Positions 55,552 through 64,000 of a stretch of 64,000 nucleotides of DNA are shown one piece after another. How positions within the stretch are numbered: the stretch's first letter is position 1; the number at the start of each line of letters is the position of its first letter. Below the pieces are notes generated by a model. It made no database searches, was not told where the DNA came from, and saw only the letters and a list, made by a program, of their open reading frames with translations. Origin of the DNA: a virus; the IMG/VR virus record IMGVR_UViG_3300023276_000008, positions 1 through 64,000 of that record; one strand, written 5' to 3'. The position numbers and the translations under genes are program-made.

Positions 55552-57780
55552 GTGAACAAAGTCGTATCATCATTTTCAGATCTACATCCAGTGCCTTTAA
55601 AGGATCATGGGAATTATACATTCAAACAATTCCAACGCTCTTATAGTGGTGGTTACTCTATGAATTTTGCCAACGCTTTATCTGGAGTTGTCGATAGCAA
55701 GACTAAGAATAGTTCCGAAGTTAATATCAGCAACTTCTATAAACTCACAGATATAATTAATATCGACAACGATACAGCCAAACCTAGTATATATAAAACA
55801 ACCTTATCTCTTGGTGATAAATATGTGAGATTTTATGAGATTGACCCCACCCCCTATATAATAAATGATATTAGTAGAGACGCACTATTATATGGAGCTA
55901 TTGGATTATCGTTAGATGGTGATATAGACACATTGTTTGAAATTGAATATATTGATGTTAATGTGGCAACTATATCATTCACTAACGGGTTGGGGGAGAG
56001 ATTTTTACTTTGTTCAACCTCTGACATAAAGTTAGCCTTTGTGTTGGAAGATGAATTAATATTAGATAATGTGATATTCCGCCCCCAACATTTCCTTTAT
56101 AATTACAATCCGTTGGTGAATGGAATCACATTATCTAAACCCGATGATTATGTGGTTATAGTTGAGGGAGATTCCCTTTTATTGAGACAATATGGTAGTG
56201 GCATGTCTCAGATTATAAAAAACAACACCTTTATACTTTCTAGAAATGTCACCGACCAAAATACCTATCATAATATGAACTCATCATTCATCACATACAC
56301 AGACAGTTCTCTGGCGACAGATGTAGATGGCATTGTATATGATAAGAGTAATAATTTTGTTATACATAGATCATTGGAAGACGATAGGGCTTCCATTGTG
56401 TTCGCTAAAAATAGGTTAGATGAGAATGGGACATCCTTCACCTTCCAAACCTCAGATAGTTTCACAAATAATTTGAATGGAGACAATCTAAACAATCATA
56501 GGGTATATTCTGCCATATTTCAGGACATAGATACTAAGGAAGATGATACCCTCAATCTTGGGTATGTGACATATGATCGTGCATACCCCATCAAAACTGG
56601 TTATACCCCATTCAGGACACCAACATCAATGTATCCCTATACATCGATTGACATCAACGACACCTCATTCTCAAAGACTGGAGCATTCTATAGTGATAGT
56701 CCTATATATGCAGATAAGATAAGAACTGATATAGTTCCTACCGAAGACGGTTACCAATATGCATGTACTTGGCTCAGTGGCAACTTTGTGGATGATGCTG
56801 TGTGGGTAGATAGATATTATTATCCTAATTACATTCAGAAGGAAGAAGCTATTTCACTCAACAGCGCATTACTAGTAACGTATAATGAGTATGTTGAAGA
56901 TTTAATCAGAAATAACTCCAACTTCAGAGATGAGATTATCAAATCCACTATTTTTGACAAGAGGAGTGATATGAATATATTACCAGACACTGAATATGTA
57001 TATGATAGACTAACTTTATTGGACGAAGATATTCATCCTGAATGTATTGAGCTATTAGACATGTATAAGGCAGTAAATAACTCTAATGCAATGTCAATGG
57101 ATTTTACTTTCTATGGATCTAATGACGATTGGGTATTAAAGAGTGATAGGAATGATATCGATGCAGGTATCACTATTACCAAGAGTGGAACTACTATCAA
57201 ATTTGAGTATGTAGTTTATATAAGGACTTCTGGCACATATGATACTTATGTAGTGGAGGAATCATATGATCGCTTCTCTGATAATTTATTTGCATTTACG
57301 TTTAATAGTAAAAATGGTCTTGGTTATGTGGTACTCAATAACAAAATCATACTTGAATTGAATCTGAATCCGTATAAATATGGACAGGATAGGTTATTGC
57401 AGGGGGATTTTCTATTCGATGGCGAATTCTTCACAGGTAGTAATGATTATATCAAAACCTTCATCCTCGAAGATAAATCTATCACAAAATCAAGAATATC
57501 TATACTGTCATACATAAGAGGAATCACGGCTGCTAACGATATGTCTATATATATACCTTGTGGACAAGTAAATATGACTGATTCAGTTGGACAACTACAC
57601 ACTCTATGTGGTAATAAGGGTAGTAAGAGTGATAATATTACAATTGGTGTTGGCAATCTTCATATTGAAAACAATGAAAGTCTGACAAACGCCATCTCTG
57701 GTGTTATTATTAACACATTTGCCGACAACACACCTCTAAACTCCTCTCTCAATAACATTACATTCAACAATTACGATTAA
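55552..57780 (+). CDS. large virion structural protein
   Basis: TAAATA-N5-GTG in-frame start; beta-rich. Confidence 0.7.
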   Translation: MNKVVSSFSDLHPVPLKDHGNYTFKQFQRSYSGGYSMNFANALSGVVDSKTKNSSEVNISNFYKLTDIINIDNDTAKPSIYKTTLSLGDKYVRFYEIDPTPYIINDISRDALLYGAIGLSLDGDIDTLFEIEYIDVNVATISFTNGLGERFLLCSTSDIKLAFVLEDELILDNVIFRPQHFLYNYNPLVNGITLSKPDDYVVIVEGDSLLLRQYGSGMSQIIKNNTFILSRNVTDQNTYHNMNSSFITYTDSSLATDVDGIVYDKSNNFVIHRSLEDDRASIVFAKNRLDENGTSFTFQTSDSFTNNLNGDNLNNHRVYSAIFQDIDTKEDDTLNLGYVTYDRAYPIKTGYTPFRTPTSMYPYTSIDINDTSFSKTGAFYSDSPIYADKIRTDIVPTEDGYQYACTWLSGNFVDDAVWVDRYYYPNYIQKEEAISLNSALLVTYNEYVEDLIRNNSNFRDEIIKSTIFDKRSDMNILPDTEYVYDRLTLLDEDIHPECIELLDMYKAVNNSNAMSMDFTFYGSNDDWVLKSDRNDIDAGITITKSGTTIKFEYVVYIRTSGTYDTYVVEESYDRFSDNLFAFTFNSKNGLGYVVLNNKIILELNLNPYKYGQDRLLQGDFLFDGEFFTGSNDYIKTFILEDKSITKSRISILSYIRGITAANDMSIYIPCGQVNMTDSVGQLHTLCGNKGSKSDNITIGVGNLHIENNESLTNAISGVIINTFADNTPLNSSLNNITFNNYD

Positions 57781-57783
57781 CCG

Positions 57784-59439
57784 ATGAATATATACTTTAA
57801 ATACACAGCGGGGGAGTCTTTTACCCTAAATTCCGAAGATTATGTTGGATATTTCCACGTAATTGATGGAATAGCTTATACAGGTAGGGGGAATGATGTA
57901 AATTCGTCAACTCTCACCCCAAAACAGACATTTTTGACCGAATTTTACCTAAAGGAGTTGGATTTTAGTTATGATAGTGATAATTTACCTATTTTGGAGT
58001 ATATTCCTATATCTAGAATGGATATTATGGATGAGTCTAAGCTACTAGAAGTATTAGAGGTTCTAAACTATAATAATTTACAGATATATTCTTATTTGTT
58101 CCGACCCAGTATTCAGAATTTGGCAATGACTCCCACAAATACTTACTTTTATGGAGTATCATCCAGTCCTGTAGATAGCAGAAATGATGATATTCCTACT
58201 GGTAAGAATACTTATACTCATATAGATCCGCTATCATACTATCCACCTCTTGACTTCTTAGATGATTGTAGACCTTTGAACCTATTAGTCAACGAAGACG
58301 AGACTTTCTACTACACTTGCGCATCAGACACTACACAATACTCTCTTACTGGGTCATTTGTAGATAAAGAGGAACCTTTAACGCTCGTTGATCAAGAAGA
58401 TGATATTGTTTTGATCGATTCATTCTTTGATACAGAGTTTAATTATCTAATTCTTCGAGATATCGACAAGATTAGTATATATGATTACACAGATTTTCAT
58501 ATTTGTCAAACTAAATTCTTGATTGACAGCTTCGATATGGACCCACAGATTCAATTATCGTTTGGTAATAGATATAGAGGCGAGATATTAGGTGATATAC
58601 TCACAGTTAAACAAAAATATACCAACGTTATCACTCACCAATACAATTTAAGCAAATATAATATAGGTGAAGTAGTTGCGATGGACGTTAGATCATCAGA
58701 TGATGCCATTATCATGGTGGACGATAGTGGACAATTCATATATTCCAACCTAGATACTTTTGAGGAGGAGTTAACTATACAGACTATCGATGATATTGAC
58801 CCAGCCAGCATAGAATACATACAATTCTACACTCTAGACTCCAATATTTTCACAATTAGGTTTGATGATGATATTAGATATAGATATATTAAGGATGTTG
58901 ATGTTTATATACCTGTCCCTGTTCGCAATAAAACACTATATTACCTCGATGACTACATATATAATGATGTTTTTGAGAAACATAACAAGATTCCGATTAA
59001 ACACAACTCAAATAACATGTTGTCCAACACTTATACCAATAATGGCATCATTGAAGTACCTAGAGGAGAGCATATTTATCGCATAACACATAACATTGGG
59101 CGTATTTATATGACTTCTGATGAATTAATAGCCGCAGTTGGTATAGTATCAGACTCAGTTTATAAGAAATACCTCTCAAAAATCTCTTGTGAGAAGTCAT
59201 CTATAGGATTTTCCATCAATATGGAGGTTAAGAAGGTCATGGATGACGTATTAACACTATATAAAACATGTGCAGCCATCCCACAATACTCTGAGGATGG
59301 ATTCTCCCTCAAGGTAGTGCCTGAATTTGATGTTGATTTGCTTAATACTAAGTTGCACGAGAATGAGGGTATTAATGTTTCTACATTAGAACGAATATTT
59401 TATTCAATTTTCAGTTTACAGAAACAGTTTTTTGATTAA
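57784..59439 (+). CDS. virion structural protein
   Basis: 551 aa; YVGYFH...AYTG N-terminal motif. Confidence 0.7.
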   Translation: MNIYFKYTAGESFTLNSEDYVGYFHVIDGIAYTGRGNDVNSSTLTPKQTFLTEFYLKELDFSYDSDNLPILEYIPISRMDIMDESKLLEVLEVLNYNNLQIYSYLFRPSIQNLAMTPTNTYFYGVSSSPVDSRNDDIPTGKNTYTHIDPLSYYPPLDFLDDCRPLNLLVNEDETFYYTCASDTTQYSLTGSFVDKEEPLTLVDQEDDIVLIDSFFDTEFNYLILRDIDKISIYDYTDFHICQTKFLIDSFDMDPQIQLSFGNRYRGEILGDILTVKQKYTNVITHQYNLSKYNIGEVVAMDVRSSDDAIIMVDDSGQFIYSNLDTFEEELTIQTIDDIDPASIEYIQFYTLDSNIFTIRFDDDIRYRYIKDVDVYIPVPVRNKTLYYLDDYIYNDVFEKHNKIPIKHNSNNMLSNTYTNNGIIEVPRGEHIYRITHNIGRIYMTSDELIAAVGIVSDSVYKKYLSKISCEKSSIGFSINMEVKKVMDDVLTLYKTCAAIPQYSEDGFSLKVVPEFDVDLLNTKLHENEGINVSTLERIFYSIFSLQKQFFD

Positions 59440-59457
59440 ATACCTCTATATACTATT

Positions 59458-60123
59458 ATGACACCGAATCCACCAGAAGATAAATCAAATATAGGGTCTG
59501 AATCATTAACTGACCAGTTCATTGCAGACACCTATTATGGGGAACTGCATACGAAGAACGTTCCTATAACAGGAGAGAGATTTCCGCATGTTTTTGATGG
59601 CTATGGAAACCAATCAAGTCTACAAATGGGCGTAAGTTCTATAAAGGTGAATGGTTTAGAGTTTCCTCAAGCATTTATCGACATGTTATATCCAGTAGGT
59701 GCAATATATCTGTCTTCAGACGACATAAACCCAAGCAACCATATACCATACACCTCATGGGTGAGAGTTTCCCAAGGTAGATTTTTGGCTGGAGTTGGTA
59801 GTGCTATAGATGCAGACTCCAAATCACAGTCAATTGGATCTGGAGATGATAATGTGGGAGTTTATAATCAGACGATGACTGTGGATGAGATGCCATCACA
59901 TAGACATGACCCAGACACTGAGAAATCAGACTTCAAATACTTCGTAACATGGTATAAAGAGGGTCGTGTAGCCAGACAAGAGGCTGGTGGGGATGATAAT
60001 AGCTCATATAGTTTCCCCGATAAACCTTTTTATACAGGTGGGATGACTCAAGAAGGTGGGGGTGAAGCACACAACAACCTCCCGCCAACATTTGGCATAT
60101 ATGTGTGGAAAAGAATAAATTAA
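59458..60123 (+). CDS. baseplate/tail-collar protein (gp10 C-terminal-like)
   Basis: YPVGAIYLS, QGRFLAG, EMPSHRH, HNNLPP...WKR. Confidence 0.75.
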   Translation: MTPNPPEDKSNIGSESLTDQFIADTYYGELHTKNVPITGERFPHVFDGYGNQSSLQMGVSSIKVNGLEFPQAFIDMLYPVGAIYLSSDDINPSNHIPYTSWVRVSQGRFLAGVGSAIDADSKSQSIGSGDDNVGVYNQTMTVDEMPSHRHDPDTEKSDFKYFVTWYKEGRVARQEAGGDDNSSYSFPDKPFYTGGMTQEGGGEAHNNLPPTFGIYVWKRIN

Positions 60124-60126
60124 GAC

Positions 60127-61242
60127 ATGGCAGATATTAAAATAGCTAAAATTAAGATAAGGAGAGGTCTAGATGCGGATAGAAAAACTGTAATTTTCGA
60201 TCAAGGGGAACCTGTGTATTCGCAGGACACTGATAGATTATATATTGGAGATGGTGTTAGTGCTGGAGGATTACATATTAGCAACAAAACTCACCCACCC
60301 ATACTAAATGTGCAATCCTTAACAGCATTAAACGCAGAGAGGGGAGATATTTGTTATGCTGATGGGATCATTTATCAATTAACTGCTGCCGACTCACAAA
60401 TATTTACAAATTGGTCCAACATATCCCCTAGGTTGGATGATAATACTGTCATATATAATGGATCATCCACTATTAGTATTGCTCCTAGTGGTGTCGGATT
60501 AGCTCAGATAGATCCACTTTCATTTGATAGAGGAATTGAGCATATTGGAACTAGTATTAGGTTAAAACATTCCACATCATTCAATTCCTCTTCAGCAAAT
60601 ACTCTCATGTTATCCGATGGTGGTGTTGATGAGATGCATTTAACCTCAACCATAACTAATGGTGTTATTGTTGGTGGTGCTGGTGATAAAATAGAATTAA
60701 ATTATGATTCTACATACTTTTTAGAGAACACTGCTGGAGAATTGACACTTGTGGATACTCCATCCTTCGGATATCCTGATATGGACCCAAATTTATATGG
60801 TGTTGGTTTCTATTTCAATAATGTAGCCGAAACAATCAACCATTACATCAACGATGTCAAAGACACTGGATCTATTGTTAAGGATGGTAATTATAATATC
60901 GATTTAGAAACATTATATTTATCTTCAAACAATTCTGCTCCATTCTCTGACATATCTGTTGATGTGTATGGGCGTGTCTCTGGGTTAAGCACCTCAATTA
61001 ATGACACTTTGAGTGCGTTAAGTGCCGCAGACTCCTCAACACACTTTAATGGAACTCCAAACCAGACTGTGGAAGGATATCCCATAACTGATCTCACTCA
61101 GGTAACAGGATTATCCTCAAATGGGGTCACAAGTGTCTCTGTGGAACTATCTAGTGCTGGATTTATCACATTTGATGGAGAAGTTGATGCCAAAAGCGGT
61201 AAAACTATCCCAAGATTCGCAATTCCTATATACACATTCTAA
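60127..61242 (+). CDS. tail fibre-like protein
   Basis: KIRRG...GEP.Y..DT.RLYIGDG fibre N-terminal (Mtd_N-like) motif. Confidence 0.7.
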   Translation: MADIKIAKIKIRRGLDADRKTVIFDQGEPVYSQDTDRLYIGDGVSAGGLHISNKTHPPILNVQSLTALNAERGDICYADGIIYQLTAADSQIFTNWSNISPRLDDNTVIYNGSSTISIAPSGVGLAQIDPLSFDRGIEHIGTSIRLKHSTSFNSSSANTLMLSDGGVDEMHLTSTITNGVIVGGAGDKIELNYDSTYFLENTAGELTLVDTPSFGYPDMDPNLYGVGFYFNNVAETINHYINDVKDTGSIVKDGNYNIDLETLYLSSNNSAPFSDISVDVYGRVSGLSTSINDTLSALSAADSSTHFNGTPNQTVEGYPITDLTQVTGLSSNGVTSVSVELSSAGFITFDGEVDAKSGKTIPRFAIPIYTF

Positions 61243-61257
61243 ATATAACTACTAAAC

Positions 61258-62790
61258 ATGAATTCAATTAACATATTAGAAGATACTATTCTCAAATTAA
61301 TAGTTCGACAAGGGGCTGATGCAGATCGTTTAGCCACTGTATTAGATAGTGGTGAGCTTGGCTACACATCAGACACCAAAAGACTCTTTGTGGGTGATGG
61401 TGTGAGTGCTGGTGGGGTTCTTATAGGAAATAAGTTCCTAGGTAGTGCTATGGATGTAACTACACTATCTCCTGCTGAAGTAGGTGACTGCGTATTTGAC
61501 GAAAATACTAACAACCTTTTGATATTATCTACAAATACTGGATCTGTATTAACGGATTGGAGTCCTGTAGGTGGATTATATACTCCTACAGATGGGAGTA
61601 TTGTCGTATCAGCTAGTAATGGTGTATCTGTGGGTAGTTTATCTGCTGGACATGTATCTGAAGACCTTCTAGGGAGTAATTTTACATTAGATGTTGGTGA
61701 AAGGATCACATTGACAGACACAATCTCAGTTACTACTATCCAAGGAACAAATTCGGACCCTCTTATAATTGAAGGTAAAGTAAATCTTGGTGGTCTAACA
61801 TATACATATCCCACAACTAGAAGTAATGACGGATATCTACAGACAGATGGTGTTGGAAACCTTGTTTGGGACACTTTAAAGGCTGAAGCTACATATTTTG
61901 TGGCTAATAGTGCTGGTTCTTTGCCGATTGGTACGATTACCGCCACCGTGTCTAATACTATAGGCTCTAAATGGCTACTATGTGATGGGTCATCATATGA
62001 TACTAGTGTATATGCTGATCTTTTTGCGGAAATTGGATACACTTATGGTGGATCTGGTTCTAATTTCAATGTACCAGACTACGCAAATAGTATATTATAT
62101 GGCGATGATGGAGGGTCAACAGTTTATGACCTATTGGCAGACCTTGGACCGAGTGCGTTTACAGTTGTCCCGACTAATTACTTCATTAAGAGTGAAGCTG
62201 ATGATGTATTCGAGAGTACGTGGACATTTGAAGCTCCTCTTTCGGCTACTATAGGCGGTGTTGATGTTACTGGAACTACAATCAACCCACTTTCAGGAGA
62301 TTTAGTAGTTTCTATGCCAGATTCTACATCAATTAAAGCTAACGTATCCTTCAATCAAGAAGGCACGGTAATTAAAGGATATAATGTAACATCGGTTGCG
62401 TTGACAAGCAGGTCTGTCGCAAATACTGAGATATTTCTCCCATATGGATCAGTATTCGAAGAATATGATGTCGTTACTCCCTCTATATATTATGATGGTA
62501 GTGGTTATACTGGAGCATACATACTTAATCTCACAGAACCTTTGTCCAATCCAGATACCGCAGTTATAGATATTGCAGCATATAATTATTATCCCGAATC
62601 TATGGATGTTCCTACGACTAACACATTCCAAAAGTTTGATTATGTAGTCTTGGATGACACTACTATATTGGTAACAATATCAAATACTCATCGTATAGTT
62701 GGTGAAAGTGTGAATAGGGTGTTTTTGGATTCTGGTTATGACTATAATTCACTTATTAGTGGTACAAGATTCAATGTGACCATTAAATAG
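61258..62790 (+). CDS. tail fibre protein with tail-collar domain
   Basis: GELGYTSDTKRLFVGDG; PIGTI..WLLCDG..YADLF.EIGYTYGG..FNVPD. Confidence 0.8.
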   Translation: MNSINILEDTILKLIVRQGADADRLATVLDSGELGYTSDTKRLFVGDGVSAGGVLIGNKFLGSAMDVTTLSPAEVGDCVFDENTNNLLILSTNTGSVLTDWSPVGGLYTPTDGSIVVSASNGVSVGSLSAGHVSEDLLGSNFTLDVGERITLTDTISVTTIQGTNSDPLIIEGKVNLGGLTYTYPTTRSNDGYLQTDGVGNLVWDTLKAEATYFVANSAGSLPIGTITATVSNTIGSKWLLCDGSSYDTSVYADLFAEIGYTYGGSGSNFNVPDYANSILYGDDGGSTVYDLLADLGPSAFTVVPTNYFIKSEADDVFESTWTFEAPLSATIGGVDVTGTTINPLSGDLVVSMPDSTSIKANVSFNQEGTVIKGYNVTSVALTSRSVANTEIFLPYGSVFEEYDVVTPSIYYDGSGYTGAYILNLTEPLSNPDTAVIDIAAYNYYPESMDVPTTNTFQKFDYVVLDDTTILVTISNTHRIVGESVNRVFLDSGYDYNSLISGTRFNVTIK

Positions 62791-62795
62791 ATGTA

Positions 62796-63587
62796 ATGAA
62801 GGCTACGGGATTTATAGATAGTACAAAATTATACACATCACCACACGATATCGTGTGGTCGTTTGATTATAATCTTGTTGGTGTGGGAGATGATTATGCT
62901 ATTGGCACATATCTAGTACCCGCTGTATCTATTCCGATATATACCCTACATGAGTTGGAAAATCTATCAATAACATCTATTGATGGTGATGTGTTTCTCC
63001 TTGATGATAATACATCTGAGATGTTAACGGACGAGAGTGGTAATCTGTTAATACAGGAAGAAGAAACCAATACTCCTCTAATTTCCATAATTTTTGACTC
63101 CACTGGGTATAACGCACTATCTAGCGTGGATAAGGATGGTGTTGGGGTGAATTCTATTAAATCTGATAGTTTAATTGTTAGGGGTCCAAGTAACAATCTA
63201 CTATATAATGAGTCATTGAGTGCGATACATGATGATTTTATAATACCAACCCCAGAAGATGTGTTCAAATCGTTGAGATTTAAATATTCTAACGTGGGTA
63301 AACTATTAACTATATCTCAGGGATATGGTTCTGAATATGTTACCATGATTGAATTGGTATTAGACACCAACGAGGTTCCATTAGGTCATTGTTATCCAGC
63401 ATTTGCATACACTTCCCCAGTTTCTTCTACAGACACAGGTGATCAAGGAATGTCCATATCTAAATTACAATCAGTTGGTGATGTGAATGCATATACGACA
63501 CACGTTAACGACTTTGTTCCCCTATCATCAGATATAGATGCATTATTCACCACTATTTCTGGTATATCTGCTGATATATTAGTTTAA
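62796..63587 (+). CDS. hypothetical virion protein
   Basis: 263 aa; TAAATA-N6-ATG. Confidence 0.7.
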   Translation: MKATGFIDSTKLYTSPHDIVWSFDYNLVGVGDDYAIGTYLVPAVSIPIYTLHELENLSITSIDGDVFLLDDNTSEMLTDESGNLLIQEEETNTPLISIIFDSTGYNALSSVDKDGVGVNSIKSDSLIVRGPSNNLLYNESLSAIHDDFIIPTPEDVFKSLRFKYSNVGKLLTISQGYGSEYVTMIELVLDTNEVPLGHCYPAFAYTSPVSSTDTGDQGMSISKLQSVGDVNAYTTHVNDFVPLSSDIDALFTTISGISADILV

Positions 63588-63626
63588 ATGTATATCATCC
63601 AATTAATAACTTAACTAAATATATTT

Positions 63627-64000
63627 ATGGCTGTATGTACTGATTGTTATCCCGATGAATTGATATGTGGTGGTTGGTGGGACGGATATTATGGAGGTGA
63701 TGTCAACATACAAAATGTTCGATTTGATGTTCCTATATTTCCTACTGGAGCGACTTCCTATTATGGGGAAGAAATATACGGTAGTATGGGGGATTCATTC
63801 CTTGATGGTGTTCGAGTTAAATGTAATGCATATTTGTACGACAATTTCGGGACAAATGCATGGTTTATTACAGTAACCGTTGAATCGCTTGATGAATTTG
63901 GGTCTATTATATATACAGAAGTAAAAGATCATAGTGCAGATCGAGTTATTGATTTTGGACCACCTGTGGTAACTGACGCTTGTTACCCTGATATGAATAC
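63627..64000 (+). CDS. hypothetical late protein, truncated by window end
   Basis: TAAATA-N5-ATG, MAVCTDCYPDELICGGWW..., open to the end. Confidence 0.7.
   Translation, partial: MAVCTDCYPDELICGGWWDGYYGGDVNIQNVRFDVPIFPTGATSYYGEEIYGSMGDSFLDGVRVKCNAYLYDNFGTNAWFITVTVESLDEFGSIIYTEVKDHSADRVIDFGPPVVTDACYPDMN

Noticed and set aside
61362-62042. 226 aa minus-strand ORF and other short antisense ORFs in the track
   Set aside because: Antisense to well-supported genes, no motifs or promoters
60127-62790. Diversity-generating retroelement target (Mtd_N-like fibres)
   Set aside because: No reverse transcriptase or template/variable repeat pair seen in the window
1-64000. Stop-codon reassignment
   Set aside because: Standard code gives intact, densely packed genes ending in TAA, TAG and TGA; no suppressor tRNA (the TAG and TAA anticodons read Leu CUA and UUA)

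Overview
AT-rich 64 kb segment of a large T4-like myophage; host not determinable from sequence. 1-9.3 kb (minus): array of 13 tRNA genes interleaved with small ORFs, HNH endonucleases, repeated early promoters and structured non-coding spacers. It is headed by a 32-codon leader ORF with competing antiterminator/terminator hairpins, a candidate translation-sensing attenuator and the top finding. 9.6-21 kb (minus): accessory metabolism, including an NAD+ salvage cluster (Nudix, NadD-like, CinA-like, NAMPT, macrodomain), a RadA-like ATPase, a metallophosphoesterase and RmlB. 21-64 kb: morphogenesis genes (baseplate, tape-measure-like, tail tube, sheath, terminase large subunit with a class 3 intein starting with Arg, gp6, gp25, neck, tail-fibre-like proteins) plus clamp loader, RmlA, an RmlD/UER1-like enzyme, a GT2 and several proteins with T4-like capsid-targeting N-termini. 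Late genes mostly follow TAAATA-N5/6-ATG. All protein calls come from motif recognition and all RNA folds were done by hand; no searches were run.
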